Virus record (IMG/VR): IMGVR_UViG_3300028184_000121
Span: 1 to 64,000 of that record
From: an uncultured virus (IMG/VR IMGVR_UViG_3300028184_000121)
Taxonomy: Duplodnaviria > Heunggongvirae > Uroviricota > Caudoviricetes
Reading direction: 5' to 3' (one strand)
DNA length: 64,000 nucleotides
Each line of letters begins with the position of its first letter. Within the stretch, counting starts at the first letter, position 1. Of the stretch, positions 20,145 to 28,844 are shown one piece after another. Under the pieces are notes generated by a model. It saw only the letters and a list, made by a program, of their open reading frames with translations, was not told the DNA's origin and ran no database searches. Made by a program: the position numbers and the translations under genes.

Positions 20145-20822
20145 ATGTCATTTAAAGAAAAGTATAACGGTCTGTATCCTATTGTACCAAAATTTACAAG
20201 CATGGAGAATAAATTTGGTAAACTTTATTTTGAAGGTAAATTTTTAGAAAAGTTTGATCCTTGGAAAATATTCGATGACGAATCACCAGACTATGATTCC
20301 CGTTTCTTCGAAACTACTGAAAGTAGTACAGGGTATGGTGCATATTTTCATGTAATGTTAAACTACCCTATTAGAGATATCAGTCTTATTCGAGTGAAAC
20401 ATGGTTCAAATACTTCATATCTAACTAAAGGTGTCGAAATATTTGCATTATTGGATGATGGTACCATGCAACGATTGGGTGCATGGTTGATACCAGGAAC
20501 TAAAGAATATCAACTGGTTGATGTATCGACAAAAACCCCGGCATTCATAACCAAACATTTAGTATTTAGATTTACTACAGGGTATCATATTTTAAATGAA
20601 ATACAGTTTTATAGTAAGTATCCTGTAGGGGTTAATTCGGTATTATTAGAAATAAATTCAGCTATGTATAGTACTGCAAAATCTAGTGTAGAACTAGTTG
20701 AATCTGGAAATAATCCTAGCAAACAGTCTTTCGATAAAGGTAGTGATATATCGGAAGTTATAGGTCAGATGGATTTAATAAAAGCTATATCTGATAAATT
20801 TAAAGTTCATATACTAGACTAA
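20145..20822 (+). CDS. Discoidin-like protein, paralog 8
   Basis: PIVPKFT, PWKIFD, LNEIQFY, LLEINSAMY, SDKFKVH. Confidence 0.6.
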   Translation: MSFKEKYNGLYPIVPKFTSMENKFGKLYFEGKFLEKFDPWKIFDDESPDYDSRFFETTESSTGYGAYFHVMLNYPIRDISLIRVKHGSNTSYLTKGVEIFALLDDGTMQRLGAWLIPGTKEYQLVDVSTKTPAFITKHLVFRFTTGYHILNEIQFYSKYPVGVNSVLLEINSAMYSTAKSSVELVESGNNPSKQSFDKGSDISEVIGQMDLIKAISDKFKVHILD

Positions 20823-20824
20823 TT

Positions 20825-20858
20825 GCAAGAGATGGGAAACCATCTCTTGTAGTTTTTT
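20825..20858 (+). terminator. Intrinsic terminator
   Basis: GCAAGAGATGG-GAAA-CCATCTCTTGT + T-run. Confidence 0.85.
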
Positions 20859-20913
20859 ACATTTTCTCAAACTATATATTAGATATAATAGATATTTACA
20901 AGGAGGAGAAACC

Positions 20914-21702
20914 ATGTTAAACATGATGAACGAAAACTTTAGTACGGAAGCAAATGAAACAGAAGATATTATTAGTCAAATGCACTTTGAATTAATCGCT
21001 GAGGAAATACAGGAGCAAATCGATAATACGTTTACAAAGAGTAAAATGAACTTCTTAGAAATATATCGTGACCGATATAAATACTTTAAAGAGGAGTATG
21101 CTGATAATGAGGAATTCCTTGAGCAGCTAAAACAAGTTCGTAACCAAACGTATGAGAAAATTATCGAATTAATTGCTAAGAAATTTAACCTGGAATATGT
21201 AGACATCAATCCAAAGCGTGCAAAGGATTTATATGAATTCTTCGTACTAAAATATGATGAAAACGTGACGGCATTAATTATTAACTTCATTGTAAGTAAC
21301 CGAAAATTTGTTATCAATGAAATTAAAAATAGTAATACAAGCCGTACACGTGATACTTCTTATGTATCTACCAAAGAACTAATTGTGAATCAGCAAGAAG
21401 CGCTGATTATTACACAAGCAAATAAAATCATCTTTGATATTATTCCAAATGCGTTTGATATCGATGATGATACAGAATTCTTAAAATATATTGTAGACTA
21501 CGATGACACAAGTGTGAACGTAGCTATTAAGAAATTATTCGTAGAGAAACAAACTATTAGTTGCGAGGAGAATTTATTGGAAGAATTCTTAGCTCCAGTC
21601 TTACGTAAAGAGGACGGCTATACAGAAATCAAATCCACTGTCGTAACAGAGCTATATGAATTATATGCAAAGAATGTAAAAGATTTTAGTATTGTAGACT
21701 AA
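20914..21702 (+). CDS. Hypothetical acidic protein
   Basis: SD AAGGAGG, 262 aa. Confidence 0.75.
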   Translation: MLNMMNENFSTEANETEDIISQMHFELIAEEIQEQIDNTFTKSKMNFLEIYRDRYKYFKEEYADNEEFLEQLKQVRNQTYEKIIELIAKKFNLEYVDINPKRAKDLYEFFVLKYDENVTALIINFIVSNRKFVINEIKNSNTSRTRDTSYVSTKELIVNQQEALIITQANKIIFDIIPNAFDIDDDTEFLKYIVDYDDTSVNVAIKKLFVEKQTISCEENLLEEFLAPVLRKEDGYTEIKSTVVTELYELYAKNVKDFSIVD

Positions 21703-21725
21703 TTACATACTGAGGAGGAATCGGA

Positions 21726-22490
21726 ATGGAAACAGTAGGAACGATTAAAACATTGGGAATCACAGGATGGAATGGGGTATTAGGATACCTATGCACATTA
21801 AAAGAAGGTGCCGAATTCATCAGTATCGATGACCTAGAAGTAGGTAAGAGATACCCAATTATGAGTTTTCATTTTAATAAAGAAAAAGGTGCAGGAGATA
21901 ACTTCTATACGGAAGCTAAACTCGTAAAAGAGTCTGACCATCCTGATGCAAACCTTTATCTTAAACTAGAACTTGACCATGCAATTCGATATGTAAGAAT
22001 TGTAGGTAACTTAGATATATTTAAAAAGATTAAAGAAAAAGGTCTTGGTACAATCGCGATTAGTAATCGTGCATTTACAGTACCATCTGACCAAATCTTA
22101 ATTAAAGGTATCCATTATCCATCTGTAGAACGTGCAAATCCAAAGCTTGATATCAAGCGTATGTTTGGAGATAAAGCTATTCTTTCAGATGATGGGTATT
22201 ACGTATTATTAAATGACGAAGATATGGCTAAGTATACAGAATATTGTAATAGCTGTATTGATATGAAACCTATTGATATGATAGGTGAAATTTATAAAGA
22301 TTCTATTAAATTAAACCCAGATGTTAAACGTCATGAGCTATTATTAGGTCATACGTATGCATATAAAACATCTGTTAGAACGGTTACTGGTGAACTTACA
22401 AGAGAACTTGAAGGTCACTGTACAATTAACGGTATTCCAGTTCTAGCTAATAAAGAAATTGCAATTGAGCAAGCTGAGGAGGAAAAATAA
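21726..22490 (+). CDS. Hypothetical protein
   Basis: SD GAGGAGG. Confidence 0.75.
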   Translation: METVGTIKTLGITGWNGVLGYLCTLKEGAEFISIDDLEVGKRYPIMSFHFNKEKGAGDNFYTEAKLVKESDHPDANLYLKLELDHAIRYVRIVGNLDIFKKIKEKGLGTIAISNRAFTVPSDQILIKGIHYPSVERANPKLDIKRMFGDKAILSDDGYYVLLNDEDMAKYTEYCNSCIDMKPIDMIGEIYKDSIKLNPDVKRHELLLGHTYAYKTSVRTVTGELTRELEGHCTINGIPVLANKEIAIEQAEEEK

Positions 22491-22491
22491 A

Positions 22492-23310
22492 ATGGCACAT
22501 GAAGTATTAGGAACTATGTATAAAAACTTTGCAGGACAATATATGGTATTATTTAATACTAATTTTAATATTGCTGCAATTCGAGCAGATCGAATGTATT
22601 TTGTTATTAGTCCAGAAGGAGAAATTCTTCAAGGGCAATTAAAGAAACGTCATACTGACTGGAGAACATCCACAGTATATATGGAAATCCCTATGATGCT
22701 ACATGGCGACTACACGTTAATACGAGCTGTATTAGCTTCTGACAATGAAGCGTGTATAGTATCTCTTAAAGAGATGCATAAAGATAATGATAATATCATA
22801 ATGGTGCCATATGAATGGAATAAATCTCAACCTAAAGTATTGATAGATGGTTTACAGCATGAAATTATTCGTTATATCACTGACGAAGAATTGGATACCT
22901 TAGGTGATAGTGAAATGAGCCGTATTGTAAGAACTGATTATGGGGATGCTGTTATGGTATCACATGATGCCATGGTATTTATCGATCAAGATCGTATTAA
23001 TCTCAACAGAACACATATGGCTAACCAATTAATCGTTGGTAAGGTTTGGAATGATGAATGTACTGTAATGATGCTAGATAAACATATCAGACATTATCAT
23101 TTAATGTATAATGGTCGCTATGCAGTAGAAGGTAGATATGGTGGATTCTATGATGGTCACCTTGTACCTGATGCTGATGGAGCGCCTAGACTTGAAACTT
23201 CACACGGTAAATGTTTCATTCTTGCTAGTGAAAGTATTATGGGTATTCGTCCAACAGTAACTGATGCTGCGGGAGTAGTAGACCCATCAGAAGTACCAAA
23301 TAAAAAATAA
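22492..23310 (+). CDS. Hypothetical protein, possibly distant paralog of 21726-22490
   Basis: ATG 22492 after GAGGAGG; HIRHYHLMYNGRYA resembles DVKRHELLLGHTYA. Confidence 0.7.
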   Translation: MAHEVLGTMYKNFAGQYMVLFNTNFNIAAIRADRMYFVISPEGEILQGQLKKRHTDWRTSTVYMEIPMMLHGDYTLIRAVLASDNEACIVSLKEMHKDNDNIIMVPYEWNKSQPKVLIDGLQHEIIRYITDEELDTLGDSEMSRIVRTDYGDAVMVSHDAMVFIDQDRINLNRTHMANQLIVGKVWNDECTVMMLDKHIRHYHLMYNGRYAVEGRYGGFYDGHLVPDADGAPRLETSHGKCFILASESIMGIRPTVTDAAGVVDPSEVPNKK

Positions 23311-23335
23311 AACTATTCCTGAGGAGGAACTAACA

Positions 23336-23584
23336 ATGACAGTAGTATTAAAAGATTGTGACAAATATATTATTACACCTTATAATGAGGACGATGAACC
23401 AACGGTTATGGTAAATGGGGAAGACCTTCCTTACCTAGCTCGTTATGAAATTGATATGGCTACAGCTGTAGAAATTACTGCGGAAGACTTACATGACCAT
23501 GCTGTAATTACAGATGATGGTATGGTAGCTGTATTATCTGAAGAGGATTACAATCACTTCAAATCTACTTCTATGCGTGCCTAG
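23336..23584 (+). CDS. Small acidic hypothetical protein
   Basis: SD GAGGAGG; ITDDGMVAVLSEED resembles LSDDGYYVLLNDED of 21726. Confidence 0.7.
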   Translation: MTVVLKDCDKYIITPYNEDDEPTVMVNGEDLPYLARYEIDMATAVEITAEDLHDHAVITDDGMVAVLSEEDYNHFKSTSMRA

Positions 23585-23593
23585 GTGATAGCT

Positions 23594-23848
23594 ATGGAAA
23601 ATATCACTGAAGCTATAGCATCATTTCGTCAGAGGATAGCTGGTAAACAATTACCAGCTTCTCTTCGAACTAAAGTAGAGAAAGAAATAGATGAATGTTG
23701 TAAGACTAAACTTGATTTAGAGTTGATGCTCAATAGTTCATCTATGGTAAAAGAACTTGCCCATCAATGCTCAAAGAACTTTATTGATGAAGAGTATAGA
23801 AGTGTAGCGTATAATCTTATTTGTACAGCGTTAACACCCGCTACATAA
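23594..23848 (+). CDS. Small hypothetical protein
   Basis: SD AGGTGA then ATG. Confidence 0.6.
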   Translation: MENITEAIASFRQRIAGKQLPASLRTKVEKEIDECCKTKLDLELMLNSSSMVKELAHQCSKNFIDEEYRSVAYNLICTALTPAT

Positions 23849-23905
23849 ATATTAGAAAAAGAAAATATAAACCATAAATTAAGAGAAACCGAGGAGGAAA
23901 TTAAA

Positions 23906-25093
23906 ATGCAAAACAAACGTGAAGAAATCGAAACAGTAGTAGGACAGGTATTAGAAGGTAAAGAAGACCAAGTACAACCTGGATTTAAAGAAGCTCTAAC
24001 TAATACTATTGAAAAATTCGATGGAGCACTACAAGGATTAGCAGAACAAGAAGCTGCTGAACTTGCTAATATCAATTCTACTGACGGTATTACTATTACT
24101 GGTTCTGATATTGTAGCTACACAAGAAGAAAAGAAATCTAACGCTGTAGTAATTGCAGGAGCAGGTAGCCATAGAATTGATCCAAAAATGTTAAGAGAAT
24201 TACAAGACATGAATGTGCAGGTACTAGGAACTGATGTTTCTACACGACCTGATCAAACAAATATTACATATATCTCACCAGATGACTTAAAGAATAAATC
24301 TGCTGGTGAATTAGCAAATGCTCAGTTTAATCAATTATTTGATGGATTAACTCCTGAAAAGATTGATGAAATGACTGATGAAGAGATTTGTAAAGTCCTT
24401 CCTCCAGTCATGGTTCAGAACTCTGAGAAATTTGTAAGTGAAGTTGGAGAACATACACCTGAAGAATTCCGTCGTGACTTCTTAAAGTATATGGTTGCTC
24501 AAACTAACCTTGATAAAGTTATCGAGGAAGAGAAAAAAGTATTAGAAACAATGATGCAACAATTCCATCAGGAATTAGCTGGATTAGTTAAGAACCTTGA
24601 TTCACAAGAAGAAATTCTTAAAGTGGAAAAAGAGATTGAAGAAACAACTGATCCTGAAAAGAAACGTCAATTAATTGAATTACGTAACATCCTACATGGT
24701 AGCTTATACTTAAACAATTTAACTGATCGTTTCCATAACCTAGGTGGTAAAGCTGCTGTAATGAAACGTGTGAAGAAGGACTTCAAGAAAGAAGAAAAGA
24801 ACTTTAATCGTTACGTAAAGAACGATAAGAAGAATATGTTCTTAGACCCACGTTACTTACTAACAGACTTAAAGAAAATTATTCCGAACCGCTTCCATGG
24901 TCAAATCGAAGGTATCTTATACCTATTATACCGTGAAGTCACAAAGAATAAAAAGATCACTATGTCTACAGCTTCATTTGTTAACTACTTCTTAGTAAAC
25001 GTTACGAAGTGTGTAGAGAACAATGCAAACGAAGACCGAAACGTTGCTGAATTTAAACAAAGCTTAATCGACTTAGCAACTTTATTGAAATAA
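23906..25093 (+). CDS. Hypothetical helical/coiled-coil protein
   Basis: SD GAGGAGG, 395 aa. Confidence 0.75.
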   Translation: MQNKREEIETVVGQVLEGKEDQVQPGFKEALTNTIEKFDGALQGLAEQEAAELANINSTDGITITGSDIVATQEEKKSNAVVIAGAGSHRIDPKMLRELQDMNVQVLGTDVSTRPDQTNITYISPDDLKNKSAGELANAQFNQLFDGLTPEKIDEMTDEEICKVLPPVMVQNSEKFVSEVGEHTPEEFRRDFLKYMVAQTNLDKVIEEEKKVLETMMQQFHQELAGLVKNLDSQEEILKVEKEIEETTDPEKKRQLIELRNILHGSLYLNNLTDRFHNLGGKAAVMKRVKKDFKKEEKNFNRYVKNDKKNMFLDPRYLLTDLKKIIPNRFHGQIEGILYLLYREVTKNKKITMSTASFVNYFLVNVTKCVENNANEDRNVAEFKQSLIDLATLLK

Positions 25094-25100
25094 TATACTA

Positions 25101-25112
25101 AACATATTTATA
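25101..25112 (+). promoter_or_regulatory. Late-type promoter AACA-TATTTA-TA
   Basis: Exact consensus; no CDS before the next terminator. Confidence 0.5.
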
Positions 25113-25203
25113 AGGGAAATCTTCCCTCTGTCTAGTTTGTATTATCATGTATCCATGAGATTAAGCACGAGTAGAACCTTCGGGTTCTACTCACTTTTAT
25201 TTT
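25112..25203 (+). ncRNA. Candidate small RNA (~90 nt)
   Basis: Promoter, 5' hairpin AGGGAA-ATC-TTCCCT, and terminator; no SD-led ORF. Confidence 0.35.
25169..25203 (+). terminator. Intrinsic terminator
   Basis: GAGTAGAACC-TTCG-GGTTCTACTC + T-rich tail. Confidence 0.9.
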
Positions 25204-25206
25204 CGT

Positions 25207-25218
25207 AACATCTAATTA
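25207..25218 (+). promoter_or_regulatory. Late-type promoter AACA-TCTAAT-TA
   Basis: Exact consensus. Confidence 0.7.
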
Positions 25219-25238
25219 TAAAATAGAGGAGTGATATT

Positions 25239-25988
25239 ATGAAGACAAAACCATCTTACTTTGCAGAGAAAGATGAGAAGTTAATCTTCACTGGTGGCTA
25301 CTTAGAAGTCTATATTCCTGATAGTTTATTCTCATCGGGTATTGCCACGGTTATAGGAGAGAAAGTGGAAACGATGGGATTATTCAACTTCTGTGTGATG
25401 AATAAGCCCACTGACAAGAGAGATTTCTCTAAATTAAAAACGTTCAACGTTCCTTGTAAGATGATTACGAAGCCGAATATCATTGAGAAGGAAACACTTA
25501 CATTAATTCCTGGTCATGAAGAAGAGAAGTATTATGTATTAAAATACTTTAACGGTGATGTCGTTATGACTTCTACAAACGTTATCGCAACGATTGATAA
25601 TGTAGAAGCATTTATTAAGATGCTGAATGATGGAAAGATTCCTAGAACGATTCCTTACGACCAGTTATTAAATATCATGATTCGTAACTTAGAATTAAAC
25701 TCTGTTAACCTACAAGTTCCAGGCACACTAATGTCTTGTATTATCTCAGAGTTATCTCGTTCGAAGAAAGATATTGCGAAACCATTCCGTTTAGAGATTG
25801 GTAAGAATCCGAATGTATCTGTATATGACTACATAGGTGTTAATAACCGTACGGTATGTTCAATGAACTCAACGTTCACAGCATTGACATTCGAGGACTT
25901 AGATTCTATGGTAACATCATCAATTAACCGTACTCGACACAATCGAAGTCAGGCTTACACACCAGTAGAAGAACTTATTAAAGTATAA
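25239..25988 (+). CDS. Hypothetical late protein, possibly structural
   Basis: Late promoter, SD GAGGAG, adjacent to tail genes. Confidence 0.65.
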   Translation: MKTKPSYFAEKDEKLIFTGGYLEVYIPDSLFSSGIATVIGEKVETMGLFNFCVMNKPTDKRDFSKLKTFNVPCKMITKPNIIEKETLTLIPGHEEEKYYVLKYFNGDVVMTSTNVIATIDNVEAFIKMLNDGKIPRTIPYDQLLNIMIRNLELNSVNLQVPGTLMSCIISELSRSKKDIAKPFRLEIGKNPNVSVYDYIGVNNRTVCSMNSTFTALTFEDLDSMVTSSINRTRHNRSQAYTPVEELIKV

Positions 25989-25993
25989 GAAAA

Positions 25994-26030
25994 ACCCATA
26001 CTACATTCAGGTAGTATGGGGTCTTTTTTT
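25994..26030 (+). terminator. Intrinsic terminator
   Basis: CCCATACTAC-ATTCAG-GTAGTATGGG + T-run. Confidence 0.85.
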
Positions 26031-26053
26031 GCCTCCTCGCAATCTTGTAATGG

Positions 26054-26065
26054 AACATAAGATTA
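26054..26065 (+). promoter_or_regulatory. Late-type promoter AACA-TAAGAT-TA
   Basis: Exact consensus upstream of sheath. Confidence 0.75.
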
Positions 26066-26100
26066 ATATCTTATGACTTAAAAGATTGGAGGTTTTATTT

Positions 26101-27999
26101 ATGGCTATTGCTCCAGGTTTATACAAACATCCACACGATACACTTCGTGTTCAGGACAATACCGAAATTAAAACAGATTCCTTCGTAAACAATGGTGCAG
26201 TATTAATTGCTCCATTCATCTCTGACAAAGGTATCGATGGTCAAATGACACTTTTACGTGACTTAGCTATCACCGAAAGAGATTACGGTAAAGGAAACTT
26301 TAAAGTACACGGTCAAGGGTACTACAACGTACTATCTTGGTTGCGTAATGGTGGACAAGTACGAGGAATGCGTATTACAGCGAAAGATGCTACATATGCA
26401 AACGTACTTATCATGGCAAAAGTGGCAGTCTTTGACAAACAAAAGACTGACTCTAAAGGGAACCCTCTTTACATTGATGCTGTAACTGGTCAAGAGACTA
26501 CTACTGCTTCAGGTAACGTTCCTATTAAAGAAAAGAAAGCTGAAGTTAAACTTTTCGCTGAAAAGTATGACAACTTACGCGACGTGAACGATGACATCGA
26601 AATTCTTATGAAAGAGAAATACGATGACTCTAATGCTGCGGATGGGATTATTTTCCCACTTTACTTATTCGTATCAAAAGGTCGTGGAGAATTCGGTAAT
26701 GCTTACCGCATCCGCTTAACTCCATCTCCATCTCGCGATAAAGAAACTGTTTATCGTAACTACAGCTTCGAGTTATTTAACAACGAGAACGGGTTACAAC
26801 GTGTTGAGGTACCATTAAACATCTCTACATTCCCAGATGCTCGTAGTGTCTACAGCCGAAGCGAGTACATTGAAGATGTACTAAAACGTAACATCTTCCC
26901 AATTAACACTTTCGCTATTGAAGATTCATTCTATCAAATGGCTGAAATGTTACGCCCTGTAGTTCAACAAGAGCATCCAGAAGCGGAGATTAAACCAGAA
27001 GAAATCGACTTCTTATTCTTCCGTAACCGTGATACTACGAACTACAAACACATCACAACTGCTAAAGATAGCATTAACCTAAGTTTATACGAAGGTTACC
27101 CATTAGCAGCTGGTGACGATGGAGCGTTCAAACGTTCTAACCGTGACCGTCAAATCGCTATCAACGAACGTTTAATTGATGCGTTCGACGGAAAGATTGA
27201 TAAAACAATCTTAGACCGTAAACGTAACCCTGCTAACGTAGCTTTAGATGCAAACTATCCATTGGAAGTTAAGCAAGCTATGATTAACTGGCGTTACCTA
27301 CGTGATGACCTACCATTGTACTTAGATGCAGGTATGTCTCACACAATTCTTGACTTAAAGACATGGAGACAAACTGAGTTAACAGTTAACTCTTACGGAG
27401 TAACTATCATGGCTCAAAACTTCATGACTTATGATGAATACACAGGTAAGGATATTCCAGTAACAATGACTTACCTTGTAGCTAATACAATGCCAGCACA
27501 TTTCGCTTCTTATGGAAATCATATTCCATTAGCAGGTGACTTCGTGAAGCTGAACCAATACATTATTCCTAATAGTGTACGTCCTGCTGTGGCTGAAGAT
27601 GCAGATAAATCTGATCTTTACGAATTACGTTTGAACTACTTAGAAGAAGAGTACGGTGAAATCACATTCGGTACTCAGTTATCTTCTCAGTCTAAAGACT
27701 CTCAGTTATTAGACATGAACAACGTTCATACGTTATACGATATCAAACGCGATGTTGAAATGCTTAGCCCTAAATTCCGTTACAAACCAAATGAAACGGA
27801 AGAGGACTTAAAAGAATTCAACCGTATGTTGGACATGCGTCTAGCTAAATATCGTGACTTCAAATGTAAGTTCATTGAAGGTGTGATTACGAAGAGTTCA
27901 AACCCTGACACTCCTCGTCGTATCCAAACGGCTATCCGTGTCGGATTTAAATCTATCACTGAAATCAATGATATTACAATCTCAATTGACCGCGTGTAA
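26101..27999 (+). CDS. Contractile tail sheath protein
   Basis: YKHPH..RVQDNT start, SDKG, DYGK, WLRNGGQVRGMRI, LDANYP, C-terminal NNVHTL and beta-strand; followed by tube-sized gene. Confidence 0.8.
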   Translation: MAIAPGLYKHPHDTLRVQDNTEIKTDSFVNNGAVLIAPFISDKGIDGQMTLLRDLAITERDYGKGNFKVHGQGYYNVLSWLRNGGQVRGMRITAKDATYANVLIMAKVAVFDKQKTDSKGNPLYIDAVTGQETTTASGNVPIKEKKAEVKLFAEKYDNLRDVNDDIEILMKEKYDDSNAADGIIFPLYLFVSKGRGEFGNAYRIRLTPSPSRDKETVYRNYSFELFNNENGLQRVEVPLNISTFPDARSVYSRSEYIEDVLKRNIFPINTFAIEDSFYQMAEMLRPVVQQEHPEAEIKPEEIDFLFFRNRDTTNYKHITTAKDSINLSLYEGYPLAAGDDGAFKRSNRDRQIAINERLIDAFDGKIDKTILDRKRNPANVALDANYPLEVKQAMINWRYLRDDLPLYLDAGMSHTILDLKTWRQTELTVNSYGVTIMAQNFMTYDEYTGKDIPVTMTYLVANTMPAHFASYGNHIPLAGDFVKLNQYIIPNSVRPAVAEDADKSDLYELRLNYLEEEYGEITFGTQLSSQSKDSQLLDMNNVHTLYDIKRDVEMLSPKFRYKPNETEEDLKEFNRMLDMRLAKYRDFKCKFIEGVITKSSNPDTPRRIQTAIRVGFKSITEINDITISIDRV

Positions 28000-28013
28000 T
28001 TCGCGGTCTTTTT
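27988..28013 (+). terminator. Terminator-like hairpin between sheath and tube
   Basis: GACCGCG-TGTAATT-CGCGGTC + T-run. Confidence 0.55.
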
Positions 28014-28035
28014 ATAAGAAAGGAGAGATCAACCT

Positions 28036-28797
28036 ATGTCTACATTACACACATCTCAAACTGGTTTACGTCAAGTAACTCGTGCATACGATGATGTAGA
28101 TTTATTTAAGGGTATACTGAAATTGGATAATGCTAACATTAACCAGTTCGACCCAATGATTACTGGTTACGCTCAATTCTACTGGGTTAAACTACCTCCG
28201 TTCATGACGCAAGGTCACCCAGAATTAACTACGCGTTTCCGCAACTACACAGAGAAAGGTCATACTTCATTCGATGGAATTCAAGATATGGCAGTAGACT
28301 CTGAGGATATGACTGGTGGTATCGCTGGTAACCAATTCAAAATGGTTACAAATATGAAGGATGACTTCGATACTTTCACTATGAAAGTATATGAATTACA
28401 AGGTTCTCCTGTTCGTGAAGCGATCAACTACTGGGCAACAGGTATTCGTGACCCTAAAACTGGTTACGCTACTTACCACGGATTAGCTGATACAATTGAC
28501 GGTGGATACTGTGCTAAAAACCACTCTGGCGAATTACTATACGTAGTAACTGACCCTACTGGTGGTTCTAAAGGTATTGAGTACGCTGCATTAATCGCTA
28601 ATATTGTACCAACAAAGATTCCAAAATCTCACTTGAACTTGAACCACGGTGAACACGGTCTTGTACAAATTGACCTTGAATTCACTGGTGTTAAATACGA
28701 ATCCGTTTACATTAACGAATACGCTAACAAAATCGTTCAAGCGCGACGTAAGATCGAGAGATACGATCAATTCCGTCCTGTATTACCAGAAGTGTGA
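28036..28797 (+). CDS. Tail tube protein
   Basis: Directly after sheath; FTMKVYELQGSPV..AINYW..GIRDPKTG, NIVPT, IDLEFTG. Confidence 0.75.
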   Translation: MSTLHTSQTGLRQVTRAYDDVDLFKGILKLDNANINQFDPMITGYAQFYWVKLPPFMTQGHPELTTRFRNYTEKGHTSFDGIQDMAVDSEDMTGGIAGNQFKMVTNMKDDFDTFTMKVYELQGSPVREAINYWATGIRDPKTGYATYHGLADTIDGGYCAKNHSGELLYVVTDPTGGSKGIEYAALIANIVPTKIPKSHLNLNHGEHGLVQIDLEFTGVKYESVYINEYANKIVQARRKIERYDQFRPVLPEV

Positions 28798-28802
28798 TAA
28801 AA

Positions 28803-28838
28803 ATAGACTATACCGTAATGGTATAGTCTATATCTTTT
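28803..28838. terminator. Bidirectional terminator
   Basis: ATAGACTATAC-CGTAATG-GTATAGTCTAT between convergent genes. Confidence 0.85.
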
Positions 28839-28844
28839 GTCATT

